In this document: one piece after another, positions 9,100 through 19,443 of the stretch
How the letters are laid out: each line of letters begins with the position of its first letter
Numbering within the stretch: position 1 is the first letter of the stretch
Assembly (NCBI GenBank): GCA_902598405.1
Contig: CACKBQ010000004.1
Span: 2,756 to 66,755 of the forward strand
Direction of reading: 5' to 3'
Length of the DNA stretch: 64,000 nucleotides
Source: an uncultured Pelagibacteraceae bacterium
GTDB lineage: Bacteria; Pseudomonadota; Alphaproteobacteria; Pelagibacterales; AG-422-B15
Notes under the pieces: generated by a model
The model's database searches: none
What the model was told of the DNA's origin: nothing
Seen by the model: only the letters and a program-made list of their open reading frames with translations
Made by a program: the position numbers and the translations under genes

Positions 9100-10803
9100 A
9101 TGAAGAAATCTATATCAAGACGATCTTTTATTAAAAAGTCTGCAGCCTCAATTGCTTTAGGAGGCCTTGCATCTATTTTACATTTACAAAATGCGCCAGC
9201 CTATATTAAACCTAAGAATTATAATATTTTATTAATATTAAATGATCAGGAGCGGGCATGGCCATATATTCCAAAAAGCATTGATTTGCCTGCACGCAGA
9301 TATTTGGAGAATATCTCAACCTATTTCAATAGATCCTATACCTCAACACCAATATGTTCACCTGCACGTAGCTCTGTTTATACGGGGCAGCATGTTCAAT
9401 TTACCGGAGTATGGGATAATACGGTAACCCCTTGGGTTCCAGGTTTATACGATAATGTAAATACAATAGGTCACCTTTTAAAAAATCAAGATTACGAAAC
9501 AGGTTATTTTGGTAAATGGCACTTAACAAACATTACTGAGAGTAACGTAAATGAAAATGCTCTCGGATATGATGGTATGCGAAAAATGTTTTCAAAATAT
9601 GGTTTTGATAATTCAGATCAACCAGGCGAGCGTGATTTAGGTCAGGGGGGTTTTAAATTTGATGGTTTGACTGCAGAATCTGCATCAAATTTTATTAGAG
9701 ATAAAAAAGGAAATGAAAAGCCTTGGTCTGTGTTTGTAAATTTTGTCAATCCTCACGATATAATGTTTTTCAGGGCATCTTCTGAAATATTGGGTACGGG
9801 ATTTATCGGTGAAAATCAAAAATTTGCACCTGATGATCCAATATACAAAAAAGAACACGATTTTGATTTTCCTAAAAATTTTGGTCGAAGGTCTTTAGGT
9901 GAAGGTGAATTTGGAACGGAAATAATGAATACAGTTTATGGAGAAATTCCATATGATAGACTAGATTTATGGAGAAGGTTTTGTAATTATTATTATAACT
10001 GTTTACGTGACGTTGATAGACACATGATGAAACTTATTCATTCCTTGGAAGATACTGGTCAAATAGATAATACAATCATCTTCATGATCTCTGACCATGG
10101 AGAAATGCTTGGACAACAAGGAGCAAGAGGAAAAATAGTTTCTTGGGAGGAATCAATCAGAGTTCCAACGCTTGTTTACCATCCAGACTTAAAAGATAAA
10201 AAACTTTGTAACTCAGTAATATCAAACATTGATATCGTTCCAACATTATTAGAGTTTACAGGTCTTAGTAAATCTGAACTTAGAGATAAGCACCCTGAAT
10301 TAAAAGGTAACAGCTACGCGGAGTTGGTTGAAAATGTTAACTACGACAACGTACGTGATAAAGAGGGCCATCTAATTCATGGAGTTCAAATCATCCCCAC
10401 AGTTTTTGAAGTTGCGGAAAAATTTCGACATACAGCACTTGCGGACGGCTTTTTAGCTAAGACAAAAGCATTTATGTCTGAGGGAAAATTCTTACCAGAT
10501 TTTACTCCACCGCTGAATTACAAAGGTGTAGTTGATAAAAAACATAAATTTCTAAGGTTTTTCTCACCTCGTCAAAATAATATTCCTACAAACTACGATG
10601 AATTGACTAAATACAACGCAGAATATCAATTATATGATTTAGAAAATGATCCATTCGAAATGAATGATTTGGCAAAAGATGAAAATAATAGAGATTTACT
10701 TATGTCTATGAATGATAAATGTAATACATTAGCGGATAAGGAGATTGGTCTAGAAAATCATGTTATTCACTTGCCTGGTCCCGATTGGTTTTGGACAGCT
10801 TAA
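9100..10803 (+). CDS. Tat-exported Cys-type sulfatase
   Basis: SRRSFIKK twin-arginine signal; NILLILNDQER, CSPARSSVYTG (CxPxR), GKWHL, NPHD, SDHG, YDL..DPFE..DL. Confidence 0.92.
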   Translation: MKKSISRRSFIKKSAASIALGGLASILHLQNAPAYIKPKNYNILLILNDQERAWPYIPKSIDLPARRYLENISTYFNRSYTSTPICSPARSSVYTGQHVQFTGVWDNTVTPWVPGLYDNVNTIGHLLKNQDYETGYFGKWHLTNITESNVNENALGYDGMRKMFSKYGFDNSDQPGERDLGQGGFKFDGLTAESASNFIRDKKGNEKPWSVFVNFVNPHDIMFFRASSEILGTGFIGENQKFAPDDPIYKKEHDFDFPKNFGRRSLGEGEFGTEIMNTVYGEIPYDRLDLWRRFCNYYYNCLRDVDRHMMKLIHSLEDTGQIDNTIIFMISDHGEMLGQQGARGKIVSWEESIRVPTLVYHPDLKDKKLCNSVISNIDIVPTLLEFTGLSKSELRDKHPELKGNSYAELVENVNYDNVRDKEGHLIHGVQIIPTVFEVAEKFRHTALADGFLAKTKAFMSEGKFLPDFTPPLNYKGVVDKKHKFLRFFSPRQNNIPTNYDELTKYNAEYQLYDLENDPFEMNDLAKDENNRDLLMSMNDKCNTLADKEIGLENHVIHLPGPDWFWTA

Positions 10804-10806
10804 TAT

Positions 10807-11499
10807 ATGAAAGAAGAAGTAATATTAAATTTTGATTTATATAAAAAATATAAATCAGAATATGCCCCTGACAGTTTTCATCATGTTGCTTTTAAAACTC
10901 AAAATTATGATGCAATGGTTGAATTTTACGAAAAACTTTTCGGTTGTAAGCCCATGTATAAAAGTAATGATATTGCTTTTCTGGCTTTTGATGAAGAGCA
11001 TCACCGTATTGCAATTGCAAACACTGAACCAGGAGTAAAGAAATTAGGATTTATTTCAAAGATTATATTAGCATTTAGAAATTGGCTTAACAAAAATATT
11101 CCAACAACTATTGGGCTGGATCATATCTCTTATTGTCTTAACCCAATCGATAAATGGTTTGATTTTTATCATAAGGCAAAAGATAGAGGTCTTGAGCCTT
11201 ACTGGACAATCAATCATGGATGGATAACGGGCATGTATTACAAAGATCCAGACGGTAATCTTGTAGAATTATTTTTTGAGCATTGGACAAATGATGAAGA
11301 ATATAAAAATGAAATTTCTGCTAGAGGTTTTCCTGAAGAGCCAGTAGGTACGAATATGGATATCGATATACTCTATCAAATGTACAAAAAAGGTGAATCA
11401 CTAAAAAATTTAACAAAAAAAGGAAACACAGTTCCAGAGGGCAAGAAGCCAGTTGCAGGAATTCAGGCCGCTATCAATATGCGTAAAAAATTTAAATAA
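10807..11499 (+). CDS. VOC/glyoxalase family protein, single-domain extradiol dioxygenase-like
   Basis: [23 protein letters not shown]...[13 protein letters not shown] metal ligands. Confidence 0.82.
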   Translation: MKEEVILNFDLYKKYKSEYAPDSFHHVAFKTQNYDAMVEFYEKLFGCKPMYKSNDIAFLAFDEEHHRIAIANTEPGVKKLGFISKIILAFRNWLNKNIPTTIGLDHISYCLNPIDKWFDFYHKAKDRGLEPYWTINHGWITGMYYKDPDGNLVELFFEHWTNDEEYKNEISARGFPEEPVGTNMDIDILYQMYKKGESLKNLTKKGNTVPEGKKPVAGIQAAINMRKKFK

Positions 11500-11503
11500 C
11501 TAT

Positions 11504-12019
11504 ATGGATCTTTATGATCAAAATCTTATTCCAAGAATAATATTTACTGTCATATCAGTTGTATTAACTATAGGACCCACTATTGCTGATTTTAATAAAA
11601 CGCATGCAACTCATCCTGATTGGACAGGGCACGCTCGCTTTCATGTGGTTTGGCAAGTCTTAGGTTTTTATCCGATAATGATATTAAATTTAATTGTTCT
11701 ATGGATCAATATTTCAAACTTTTACTATCCATATCAATTATTCTTTTGGCTTTTCTGGTATATTGGCTTTGTAGGATCTTTTTTGATCACATTATTAAGC
11801 ATGCCATTATTTAAAGGCAAACTGTCTGACCCTGGAGGAAGAACTCCTTTTTTGTATACATTTGGTAAGAAATTTAAACTTTTACCAGGTAAGGATAAAC
11901 ATTTACCCTTCAAGATAAATGGAGAAGTGAAGACGTATAAAGTAGATGAAAATTTGCACAATTTAGTTTTACCTTCAATAATTGTCGTTATAACTTCTTT
12001 TTATTTCATAGTTCTATAA
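11504..12019 (+). CDS. Membrane protein of unknown function (DUF6640-like)
   Basis: [24 protein letters not shown] motif with about 4 TM segments; ATG at 11504 avoids overlap with the upstream gene. Confidence 0.7.
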   Translation: MDLYDQNLIPRIIFTVISVVLTIGPTIADFNKTHATHPDWTGHARFHVVWQVLGFYPIMILNLIVLWINISNFYYPYQLFFWLFWYIGFVGSFLITLLSMPLFKGKLSDPGGRTPFLYTFGKKFKLLPGKDKHLPFKINGEVKTYKVDENLHNLVLPSIIVVITSFYFIVL

Positions 12020-12031
12020 AAGAGCACATTC

Positions 12032-12652
12032 ATGTTTGAGTATTTTTTTCCATTATTATTACTTTGCATTATCCAATCTGGCACTCCTGGTCCGAATAAT
12101 ATTATGCTAACGGCTTCAGGAAAAAACTTTGGTTATGTAAAAACAATTCCTCATATGACAGGTGTTGTCTTCGGGTTTTTAACTTTATTGATTGTGATGG
12201 GATTAGGATTAATATCTGTTTTTACGAGCTACCCAATTGCACAAACTATTTTGCAAATACTAGGCTCGCTATATTTACTATACTTGTCGTATAGAATTTA
12301 TTTTACTTATAGTTCAGATAATGAGGATCGATCAAAACCAATAACATTCATAGAATCATCTCTTTTTCAATATGTTAATCCAAAAGGTGTTATGATGGCA
12401 ATTACGACTATTTCTATTTATACGGACTATAAAAACTTTGAGTTTATAGATAGTTTTCTTGAAGGAATGGTTTTTGTACTTTTGGGTTTTACCATATCTA
12501 ATACTTTTTCAGTTCTCACTTGGACATCAGTCGGAGTTTTTTTGAATAATTTCATAAAGTCGAAGGCTGCAATTAGAAATTTTAATGGCTTAATGGCAAC
12601 TTTACTTGTTTTAACAGTTATATGGATTAATTATGAATTCTATGGATCTTAA
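12032..12652 (+). CDS. LysE/RhtB family translocator
   Basis: TPGPNNIML, G..YLLYL.Y, FQYVNPK. Confidence 0.9.
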   Translation: MFEYFFPLLLLCIIQSGTPGPNNIMLTASGKNFGYVKTIPHMTGVVFGFLTLLIVMGLGLISVFTSYPIAQTILQILGSLYLLYLSYRIYFTYSSDNEDRSKPITFIESSLFQYVNPKGVMMAITTISIYTDYKNFEFIDSFLEGMVFVLLGFTISNTFSVLTWTSVGVFLNNFIKSKAAIRNFNGLMATLLVLTVIWINYEFYGS

Positions 12653-13235
12653 TAGAAAATTAATAACTTATTTAGTTTTAGGACATTGCTTTATCATCGC
12701 CATATCAAATTATTTAGTGCAGTTTCCAATAAATATATTTGGTTTGGATTATACAATTGGTACATTCACATTCCCAATTATTGTTTTGGCAACAGATTTA
12801 ACCGTACGACTTTCAAATGCAAGAAATGCACGCAAAGTTATTGGTTTTGCTTTCGTGCCGGCTTTCATAATTTCATATATATTTGCTGACTTCAGAATAG
12901 CAATTGCGTCTGTTTTAGCTTACTCAATCGGACAGTTACTTGATGTATTTGTATTTTCGAAAGTAAGGGACAGAGTAGGTGACGATGGGTTAAATTTGGG
13001 TTCTTATTGGTATCTTGCGCCTGTTGTAAGTACCTTTTTTGCTCAATTAATAGACACATATCTGTTTTACGGCGTAGCATTTTACAATTCCACAGATGAC
13101 TTTATGCGTGAAAATTGGGATCTGATTGCATTTAATGATTTCATTCTTAAGCTAGCAGTTTGCTATCTAGCATTTTTACCAATTTATGTTTTAATTCTTA
13201 ATAGAACTTTTAATTATATAAGAACACGCACTTAG
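12633..13235 (+). CDS. yhhQ: Queuosine precursor transporter (Vut_1/YhhQ family)
   Basis: ISNYLVQFP, FTFP...LATDLTVR, RIAIAS..AY..GQLLDVFVF, IDT..F..AF. Confidence 0.85.
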   Translation: MNSMDLNRKLITYLVLGHCFIIAISNYLVQFPINIFGLDYTIGTFTFPIIVLATDLTVRLSNARNARKVIGFAFVPAFIISYIFADFRIAIASVLAYSIGQLLDVFVFSKVRDRVGDDGLNLGSYWYLAPVVSTFFAQLIDTYLFYGVAFYNSTDDFMRENWDLIAFNDFILKLAVCYLAFLPIYVLILNRTFNYIRTRT

Positions 13236-13239
13236 AATA

Positions 13240-14202
13240 ATGATATTTACTTCTATTACACCTGAAGCTTTTGATCATAAAAATATTCCAAATGACATTC
13301 ATGAAATGAATGATCATATAAAAAACTTACTAGTCAACGCGCCTCCATCACATGAAATACCATTTGAGGTTTTGCAAGATATAAGAAGACAAGGCGGTGG
13401 ATTGCTTGCGTTTCAGCCATACTCTGATCGTGCTGAAAATAGACAAGTGGGTGATGGTGACCAGAAAGTAACGATACGAATATTTAATCATGATAGTCCT
13501 GATTTTATTTATATGCATATTCACGGTGGAGGTCACTGTATCGGCGCTGCAGATATGCAAGACCAATCTTTGGAAAAAGTTTCAAAAGAGTTGAATTGCG
13601 TTGTTGTAAGCGTGGAATATCGTCTTGCACCAACCAATCCTTATCCTGCCGCTCCAGATGATTGTGAAACAGCCGCTACTTGGTTGATAGAAAATTCAAA
13701 AAAGGAATTCAATACTGAAAAGATTATAATTGGTGGCGAGTCGGCTGGCGCCAACTTATCAGCAGTTACATTGTTGAGATTGAAGAGTAAAGGGCTGCTA
13801 GATACTATCAAAGGAGCAAACCTTATTTATGGATCTTATGATGCTCGTCTAACTCCAAGTGCAATCAGACAAGAAGGTTCTGATGAGATTTTCTTATTAT
13901 CATATGCCATGATTAGAAAATTTAGGGACTCATATTTTCAGGGAGATGTAGACAAAAGTTTACCAGACGTTTCTCCAATACAAGGTGATTTAAGCGGAAT
14001 GCCCCCAGCACTGTTTACAGTTGGAACAAGGGATTTATTGCTTGATGACTCGTTATTTATGTTTGGTCGGTGGCTAAGTTATGGTTCTAATGCTGAGATT
14101 ATAATTGTACCTGGAGCAGATCATGCTTTTAATGCATTTCCATCAGAAACAACTACCTTGGTTGAAAATAAGATTAACGAGTTTTTGCAATCAGTTCTCT
14201 AA
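13240..14202 (+). CDS. HSL-family alpha/beta hydrolase (esterase)
   Basis: HGGG, YRLAP, GESAG, D...DD, HAF. Confidence 0.9.
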   Translation: MIFTSITPEAFDHKNIPNDIHEMNDHIKNLLVNAPPSHEIPFEVLQDIRRQGGGLLAFQPYSDRAENRQVGDGDQKVTIRIFNHDSPDFIYMHIHGGGHCIGAADMQDQSLEKVSKELNCVVVSVEYRLAPTNPYPAAPDDCETAATWLIENSKKEFNTEKIIIGGESAGANLSAVTLLRLKSKGLLDTIKGANLIYGSYDARLTPSAIRQEGSDEIFLLSYAMIRKFRDSYFQGDVDKSLPDVSPIQGDLSGMPPALFTVGTRDLLLDDSLFMFGRWLSYGSNAEIIIVPGADHAFNAFPSETTTLVENKINEFLQSVL

Positions 14203-15036
14203 ATTACTGAGATAGTTTTCAGCTACACGTTGCCCTAAGTTGTAATCAGCTTTCAAAATATTAACATTTTTAGAGTCTCTTTTTGATTTAAGTCTTGTTG
14301 GTGGGCATAATTGGATTACTTCACAATCTGAAGGAGGGTTATGTATGAAATCTAAAGCAGTGTTGTAAGTTTTGTCATGCTTAAGCAGAGCTTTTCTAAG
14401 TTCAGGATATTCTTTAGAAAAAAATGCTCCAATATAATTTTCAAGTTTTAGTTTTCTCTTAAATTTTTCTTCATAAGTTCTAATAACTATGATGCGTTTG
14501 GCGCCGAGCTCATAAGCCTTTCTGACAGGCAGAGGATCAGCTACGCCGCCATCAAATTTACGACGTCCGTCTATCATGCTGGGTGTTCTTACTAGTACAG
14601 GCAAAGTTCCAGATGCTATCATTTTAGGCATCCATTCATCGTCTCCAAATTCATGATATTCAGCTTGAGCGCTAAGAGCATCAGTCACAACCGCAATGTA
14701 TTTTTTGCCTTCAACAGTTTTTCTAATTTTTTCCATATTTGGCTTAAACATTTTCTCGCCGTCTTCGTACATTTTATGAAATTTGATTATGTCGCCACCT
14801 GTGAAGATATTTTTATAATCTAAGTAATCTCCTCGCGCAGCATAAAGCATCTTTTCTAAATTATTGTCAGTTTCTCTAATGAGGTACCAGCAAAGAACTG
14901 CTACACCATTTGATACTCCAATATAAATATCGAATGGATCGTAATCCCTCTTTATAAATGTATCGGTGATTCCGAAAGAAAATACACCTCTTTGTCCGCC
15001 ACCTTCAACAATTAGAGCTGTTTTTTTATTTTCCAT
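14191..15036 (-). CDS. Patatin-like phospholipase family protein
   Basis: EGGGQRG, GVSNG, DGGVADP; ATG at 15036 preferred. Confidence 0.88.
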   Translation of the reverse strand: MENKKTALIVEGGGQRGVFSFGITDTFIKRDYDPFDIYIGVSNGVAVLCWYLIRETDNNLEKMLYAARGDYLDYKNIFTGGDIIKFHKMYEDGEKMFKPNMEKIRKTVEGKKYIAVVTDALSAQAEYHEFGDDEWMPKMIASGTLPVLVRTPSMIDGRRKFDGGVADPLPVRKAYELGAKRIIVIRTYEEKFKRKLKLENYIGAFFSKEYPELRKALLKHDKTYNTALDFIHNPPSDCEVIQLCPPTRLKSKRDSKNVNILKADYNLGQRVAENYLSNLEN

Positions 15037-15072
15037 GATACAATAAATTAGTAAGGATATATAAGAAATCAA

Positions 15073-15828
15073 ATGTGTTCGATAGTAATTTTAAAACAAA
15101 GTGACTCTGAGTGGCCCATTATAATTGGTGCCAATCGAGATGAAATGAGTAATCGAGACGCTATACCACCTGGTCGTCATTGGGACGACAGACCACATAT
15201 TTTTGCAGGCAAGGACATGACGGCGGGCGGTACCTGGATAGGAATTAATGATTTTGGTGTTGTCGCTGCAATTATGAATAGAATGAACAGCCTTGGACCT
15301 ATGGATAATAAAAGAAGTAGAGGTGAATTGGTTCTTGATGCACTAGATCATGCAGATGCATCTGAAGCATTAAATTCAATAATTGAAATTGAAAAAGACT
15401 CATATAGAGGTTTTAACATGTTCATAGCAGATAATTTAAATGCATATTGGATCAAGTCAGATGAAAAAAATTCTGTAATTGAATATTTCAATATCCCTGA
15501 TGGCTTATCAATTATAACAGCTTATGATCGAAATGATTTAAATTCTAAGCGCATAAAAACTTATTTATCAAAATTTGCTTTATCGGTTGATCCAAAACCA
15601 GGTAAAGATGAATGGCAGGACTGGGAAATGTTATTAGGCAGTACATATTCTGATAACAATGATCCTTTGTCAGCAATGTGTGTGAAAACAGACATGGGTT
15701 TTCAAACTGTATCTTCAACACTCATCGCTCTACCAAGTTTTCAACCCAAGATGGGATCGGCAAAGCCTGTCTACAAATTTGCCAATGGCTCACCAGACTC
15801 GGCAAGTTTTATGGAAATGGACATTTGA
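15073..15828 (+). CDS. NRDE/TANGO2 family protein
   Basis: MC start, ANRDE, GKD..AGGTW, SRGELV. Confidence 0.9.
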   Translation: MCSIVILKQSDSEWPIIIGANRDEMSNRDAIPPGRHWDDRPHIFAGKDMTAGGTWIGINDFGVVAAIMNRMNSLGPMDNKRSRGELVLDALDHADASEALNSIIEIEKDSYRGFNMFIADNLNAYWIKSDEKNSVIEYFNIPDGLSIITAYDRNDLNSKRIKTYLSKFALSVDPKPGKDEWQDWEMLLGSTYSDNNDPLSAMCVKTDMGFQTVSSTLIALPSFQPKMGSAKPVYKFANGSPDSASFMEMDI

Positions 15829-15966
15829 GTTCTGTATTTGCTCTTTAAATTATTGATTTCTATATACTATTTTTCTTAGAAATTACTAAACAAGCTCATA
15901 TTTAGTATTGTTAGATGATTATGAATTATTATAATCTTCAATCTTATTAATAATTGGAGCTTTTAA

Positions 15967-17175
15967 ATGACTGATTGCTATATTTACGACACTGTAAGAA
16001 CCCCTCGTGGTAAGGGTAAAAAAAACGGAACCCTTCATGAAGTAACTGCACTGGAACTTGCAACTCAAGTTTTAAATAATATTAAAGATAGAACAAAAAT
16101 TGATACAGCAGATGTTGATGATGTTGTACTAGGATGTGTTGCGCCAGTTGGTGAACAAGGTGCCTGTATTGCAAGAACAGCAGTGTTAAATGCCGACTAT
16201 GATCAATCAGTTTCAGGTGTTCAGATCAATAGATTTTGTGCATCTGGTTTAGAAGCTACTAATATGGCAGCTGCACAAGTAATGTCTGGACAGTCACAAA
16301 TGTCCATCGGCGGCGGTGTTGAGTCTATGTCTAGAGTTCCAATGGGCTCGGATGGTGGCGCAATGGTTGCTGACCCTTCAGTTGCAATAAAAAATTACTT
16401 TGTTCCACAAGGTATTAGTGCAGACTTAATTGCTACCAAATATGGTTTCTCAAGAGATGATGTAGATAGTTATGCTGTTGAAAGTCAAAAGAGGGCAAAA
16501 AAAGCTTGGGATGAAAAAAGATTTTCAAAATCAATAACACCCGTGAAAGATATCAATGGTTTGACAGTGCTCGATCATGATGAACATATGAGACCTGATG
16601 CTACGATGCAATCACTTGGTTCTTTAGATCCATCTTTTGCAATGATGGGTGAAATGGCAGGTTTTGATGCTACTATTCAACAACGATACCCTGAAGTTGA
16701 AGCTGTTAATCATGTACACACTGCTGGCAATTCGTCAGGAATAGTTGACGGAGCAGCTGGAATACTGCTTGGAAATAAAGAGATGGGTGACAAATATGGT
16801 TTGAAGGCTCGTGCTAAAATCAAAGGTTTTGCTTCAACAGGTTCTGAGCCAAGCATCATGCTAACTGGTCCTGGTTATGTTTCTGATAAACTACTAAAAA
16901 ACTTAGGCATGAGCAAAAGTGACATTGACTTGTGGGAGCTTAACGAAGCATTTGCAGTTGTTGTACTAAGATATATGGAGCATATGGGGATTGATCACTC
17001 AGACATTAACGTAAATGGGGGCGCAATTGCTATGGGGCATCCATTGGGTGCAACTGGAGCTATGATCTTAGGAACTGTACTTGATGAGTTAGAGAGAAGC
17101 AATAAGTCTACTGCTCTTGCCACACTTTGTGTTGGTGGTGGTATGGGAACTGCAACCGTAATTGAGCGCGTTTAA
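15967..17175 (+). CDS. fadA: Acetyl-CoA C-acyltransferase (thiolase)
   Basis: [34 protein letters not shown]; GGAG RBS. Confidence 0.9.
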   Translation: MTDCYIYDTVRTPRGKGKKNGTLHEVTALELATQVLNNIKDRTKIDTADVDDVVLGCVAPVGEQGACIARTAVLNADYDQSVSGVQINRFCASGLEATNMAAAQVMSGQSQMSIGGGVESMSRVPMGSDGGAMVADPSVAIKNYFVPQGISADLIATKYGFSRDDVDSYAVESQKRAKKAWDEKRFSKSITPVKDINGLTVLDHDEHMRPDATMQSLGSLDPSFAMMGEMAGFDATIQQRYPEVEAVNHVHTAGNSSGIVDGAAGILLGNKEMGDKYGLKARAKIKGFASTGSEPSIMLTGPGYVSDKLLKNLGMSKSDIDLWELNEAFAVVVLRYMEHMGIDHSDINVNGGAIAMGHPLGATGAMILGTVLDELERSNKSTALATLCVGGGMGTATVIERV

Positions 17176-17201
17176 TAACTTAAAATTTTAGGACAATAAT
17201 C

Positions 17202-19394
17202 ATGGCTGATGTAACTTATGAAATAGATAGCGACGGTGTTGCCGTTGTAACGTGGGATTTGGAAAATCGTTCAATGAACGTTTTAAATTTTCAATCTCTT
17301 GGTGAATATAGATCAATTATTGAGAAATTAATCTCAGATGAGTCAGTCAAGGGTATTGTTCTCAGAAGTGCAAAAGATGCATTCATAGCTGGCGCAGATT
17401 TAACTTCATCTGAAGTTTTTGGTTTTGATAGCGTTCAAGAAGATAAAGTTAAAGCTGCAGAAAAAATTTATAATGGCAACATGGACATGCAGCTATTGTT
17501 CAGAAGCATGGAAACATCTGGCAAGCCATTCGTAGCTGCGATAAACGGTCATGCTTTAGGTGGTGGGTTTGAAATATGTCTCGCCTGTCACTATCGTGTA
17601 GCGATAGATAATGATAAAATTCAGATTGGACAACCTGAAGCGAAAGTTGGTTTGATACCTGGTGCAGGTGGAACTCAAAGAGTTCCTAGACTTGCCGGTG
17701 TAACTCAAGAGATAATGGGCTTTCTACTAGCAGGTACTCCGTTTACTCCAAAAAAAGCTCTAAGTGCTGGCCTTATTAACGAAGTCACAGACGCAGATAA
17801 CTTAATTAATGCAGCAAAAAAATATATTGTGGATGGCGGAAAATCAGTTCAACCATGGGACGAAAAAGGTTTTAGGTTTCCGGGGGGCCTTCCTTATACC
17901 CCAAAAGGCGCAATGATTTGGGCTGCGGCATCATCTTCATTGAGAAAAAATTCTTATAATAACTATCCTGCACAAACTGCAATCCTTTCTGCTGTTTATG
18001 AAGGCGTTCAGGTGCCGATTGATGCAGCACTGAGAATTGAAGCGCGTTATTTTACAAAAGTTGTAATGGATCCTAGATCTCAAAATATGGTTCGAAGTCT
18101 TTTTGTAAATATGCAAGCTTTGAGCAAAGGCGCAAGAAGACCAAAAGATTTTGATAAATATGATGTTAAAAAGATTGGAATTCTTGGTGCAGGCTTAATG
18201 GGCGCAGGAATTGCCTATGTTACTGCTAAAGCAGGCATTGAAGTTGTATTAATTGATATGGATCAAGCTGCGGCAGAAAAAGGAAAAGAATATTCTACTA
18301 AGATTTTAGATAAACAATTAAGTAAGAAAAAAACTACTGAAGAAAAAAAAGAAAAGCTATTAAGTCTCATTACGCCTACAACTGATTACTCTCTTCTAAA
18401 GGGCGCAGATCTTATTGTAGAGGCAGTATTTGAAAATAGGGATATAAAAGCAGATGTAACCGCTAAAGCAGAAGCGCAAATATCAGAAACTGCTGTATTT
18501 GGTTCCAATACATCTACTTTGCCAATTACAGGTCTAGCTCAAAATTCTAGCCGTCCTGCAAACTTCATAGGTATTCATTATTTTTCACCAGTAGAGAGAA
18601 TGCCTTTAGTTGAGATCATCATGGGAAAAGAAACTTCTCAGGAAACATTGGCAAAAACAATGGATTACGTTCAAAAAATTAGAAAGACTCCAATTGTTGT
18701 AAACGACAGTAGGGGTTTTTACACTAGTCGTGTATTTGGTACATACACTGGCGAAGGTGTTGCAATGTTAGCAGAAGGTATAAAACCAGCTTTAATTGAA
18801 AATGCTGGTAAAATGACAGGCATGCCAATGGCTCCACTAGCTCTTTCTGATGCTGTGGCATTGGATCTTGCATGGAAAGTAACAACTCAAACGAAAAAGG
18901 ACTTTGAAGCTGAAGGCAAAGAGTTCCCAATAACTCCGATGTATTCAATTATGGAAGAAATGGTTGAAAAGCAAGGCAGGTTTGGGAAGAAAAACAATAA
19001 AGGTTTTTATGAGTATCCTGAAAATGGAAAAAAATACCTATGGCCTGAACTTTCTAACCTATGCAAAGAAAGTGACGATCAACCAGATGTTGAGGAATTA
19101 AAGAAAAGATTTCTATATATACAAGCACTTGAAACAGCTAAATGCTATGAAGAAAACGTACTAACAGATGTTAGAGATGCGGACATTGGCGCAATACTAG
19201 GTTGGGGCATGGCACCATGGACCGGAGGTCCACTATCCTTCATCGATATGGTTGGTGTTAAAGAATTTGTGGCTGAAGCTGATAAACTCGCACAAAAATA
19301 TGGAGAAAGATTTACTCCATGTAAAATGCTTCGTGATATGGCGGCTAAAAATGAGAGTTTCCACAAGGGCGGTAGCTCTAGTCAAGCAGCTTAA
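17202..19394 (+). CDS. fadJ: Fatty acid oxidation multifunctional enzyme (enoyl-CoA hydratase/3-hydroxyacyl-CoA dehydrogenase)
   Basis: Crotonase domain (AGADL, GGGFE, PE..G..PGAGG) plus GAGLMG, EAVFE, SNTS, HYFSPV. Confidence 0.88.
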   Translation: MADVTYEIDSDGVAVVTWDLENRSMNVLNFQSLGEYRSIIEKLISDESVKGIVLRSAKDAFIAGADLTSSEVFGFDSVQEDKVKAAEKIYNGNMDMQLLFRSMETSGKPFVAAINGHALGGGFEICLACHYRVAIDNDKIQIGQPEAKVGLIPGAGGTQRVPRLAGVTQEIMGFLLAGTPFTPKKALSAGLINEVTDADNLINAAKKYIVDGGKSVQPWDEKGFRFPGGLPYTPKGAMIWAAASSSLRKNSYNNYPAQTAILSAVYEGVQVPIDAALRIEARYFTKVVMDPRSQNMVRSLFVNMQALSKGARRPKDFDKYDVKKIGILGAGLMGAGIAYVTAKAGIEVVLIDMDQAAAEKGKEYSTKILDKQLSKKKTTEEKKEKLLSLITPTTDYSLLKGADLIVEAVFENRDIKADVTAKAEAQISETAVFGSNTSTLPITGLAQNSSRPANFIGIHYFSPVERMPLVEIIMGKETSQETLAKTMDYVQKIRKTPIVVNDSRGFYTSRVFGTYTGEGVAMLAEGIKPALIENAGKMTGMPMAPLALSDAVALDLAWKVTTQTKKDFEAEGKEFPITPMYSIMEEMVEKQGRFGKKNNKGFYEYPENGKKYLWPELSNLCKESDDQPDVEELKKRFLYIQALETAKCYEENVLTDVRDADIGAILGWGMAPWTGGPLSFIDMVGVKEFVAEADKLAQKYGERFTPCKMLRDMAAKNESFHKGGSSSQAA

Positions 19395-19443
19395 ATAAGA
19401 CTACTATATAACTTATAACTTTTACTGATTTGAGAGGATCTAT

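Noticed and set aside
11864-11907. Two tandem GGTAA...TTACC mini-hairpins in the membrane-protein gene
   Set aside because: Only 5-bp stems within coding sequence, explainable by repeated GK...LP codons; not an array.
12560-12645. preQ1 riboswitch ahead of yhhQ
   Set aside because: The upstream sequence is LysE coding region and shows no preQ1-I motif.
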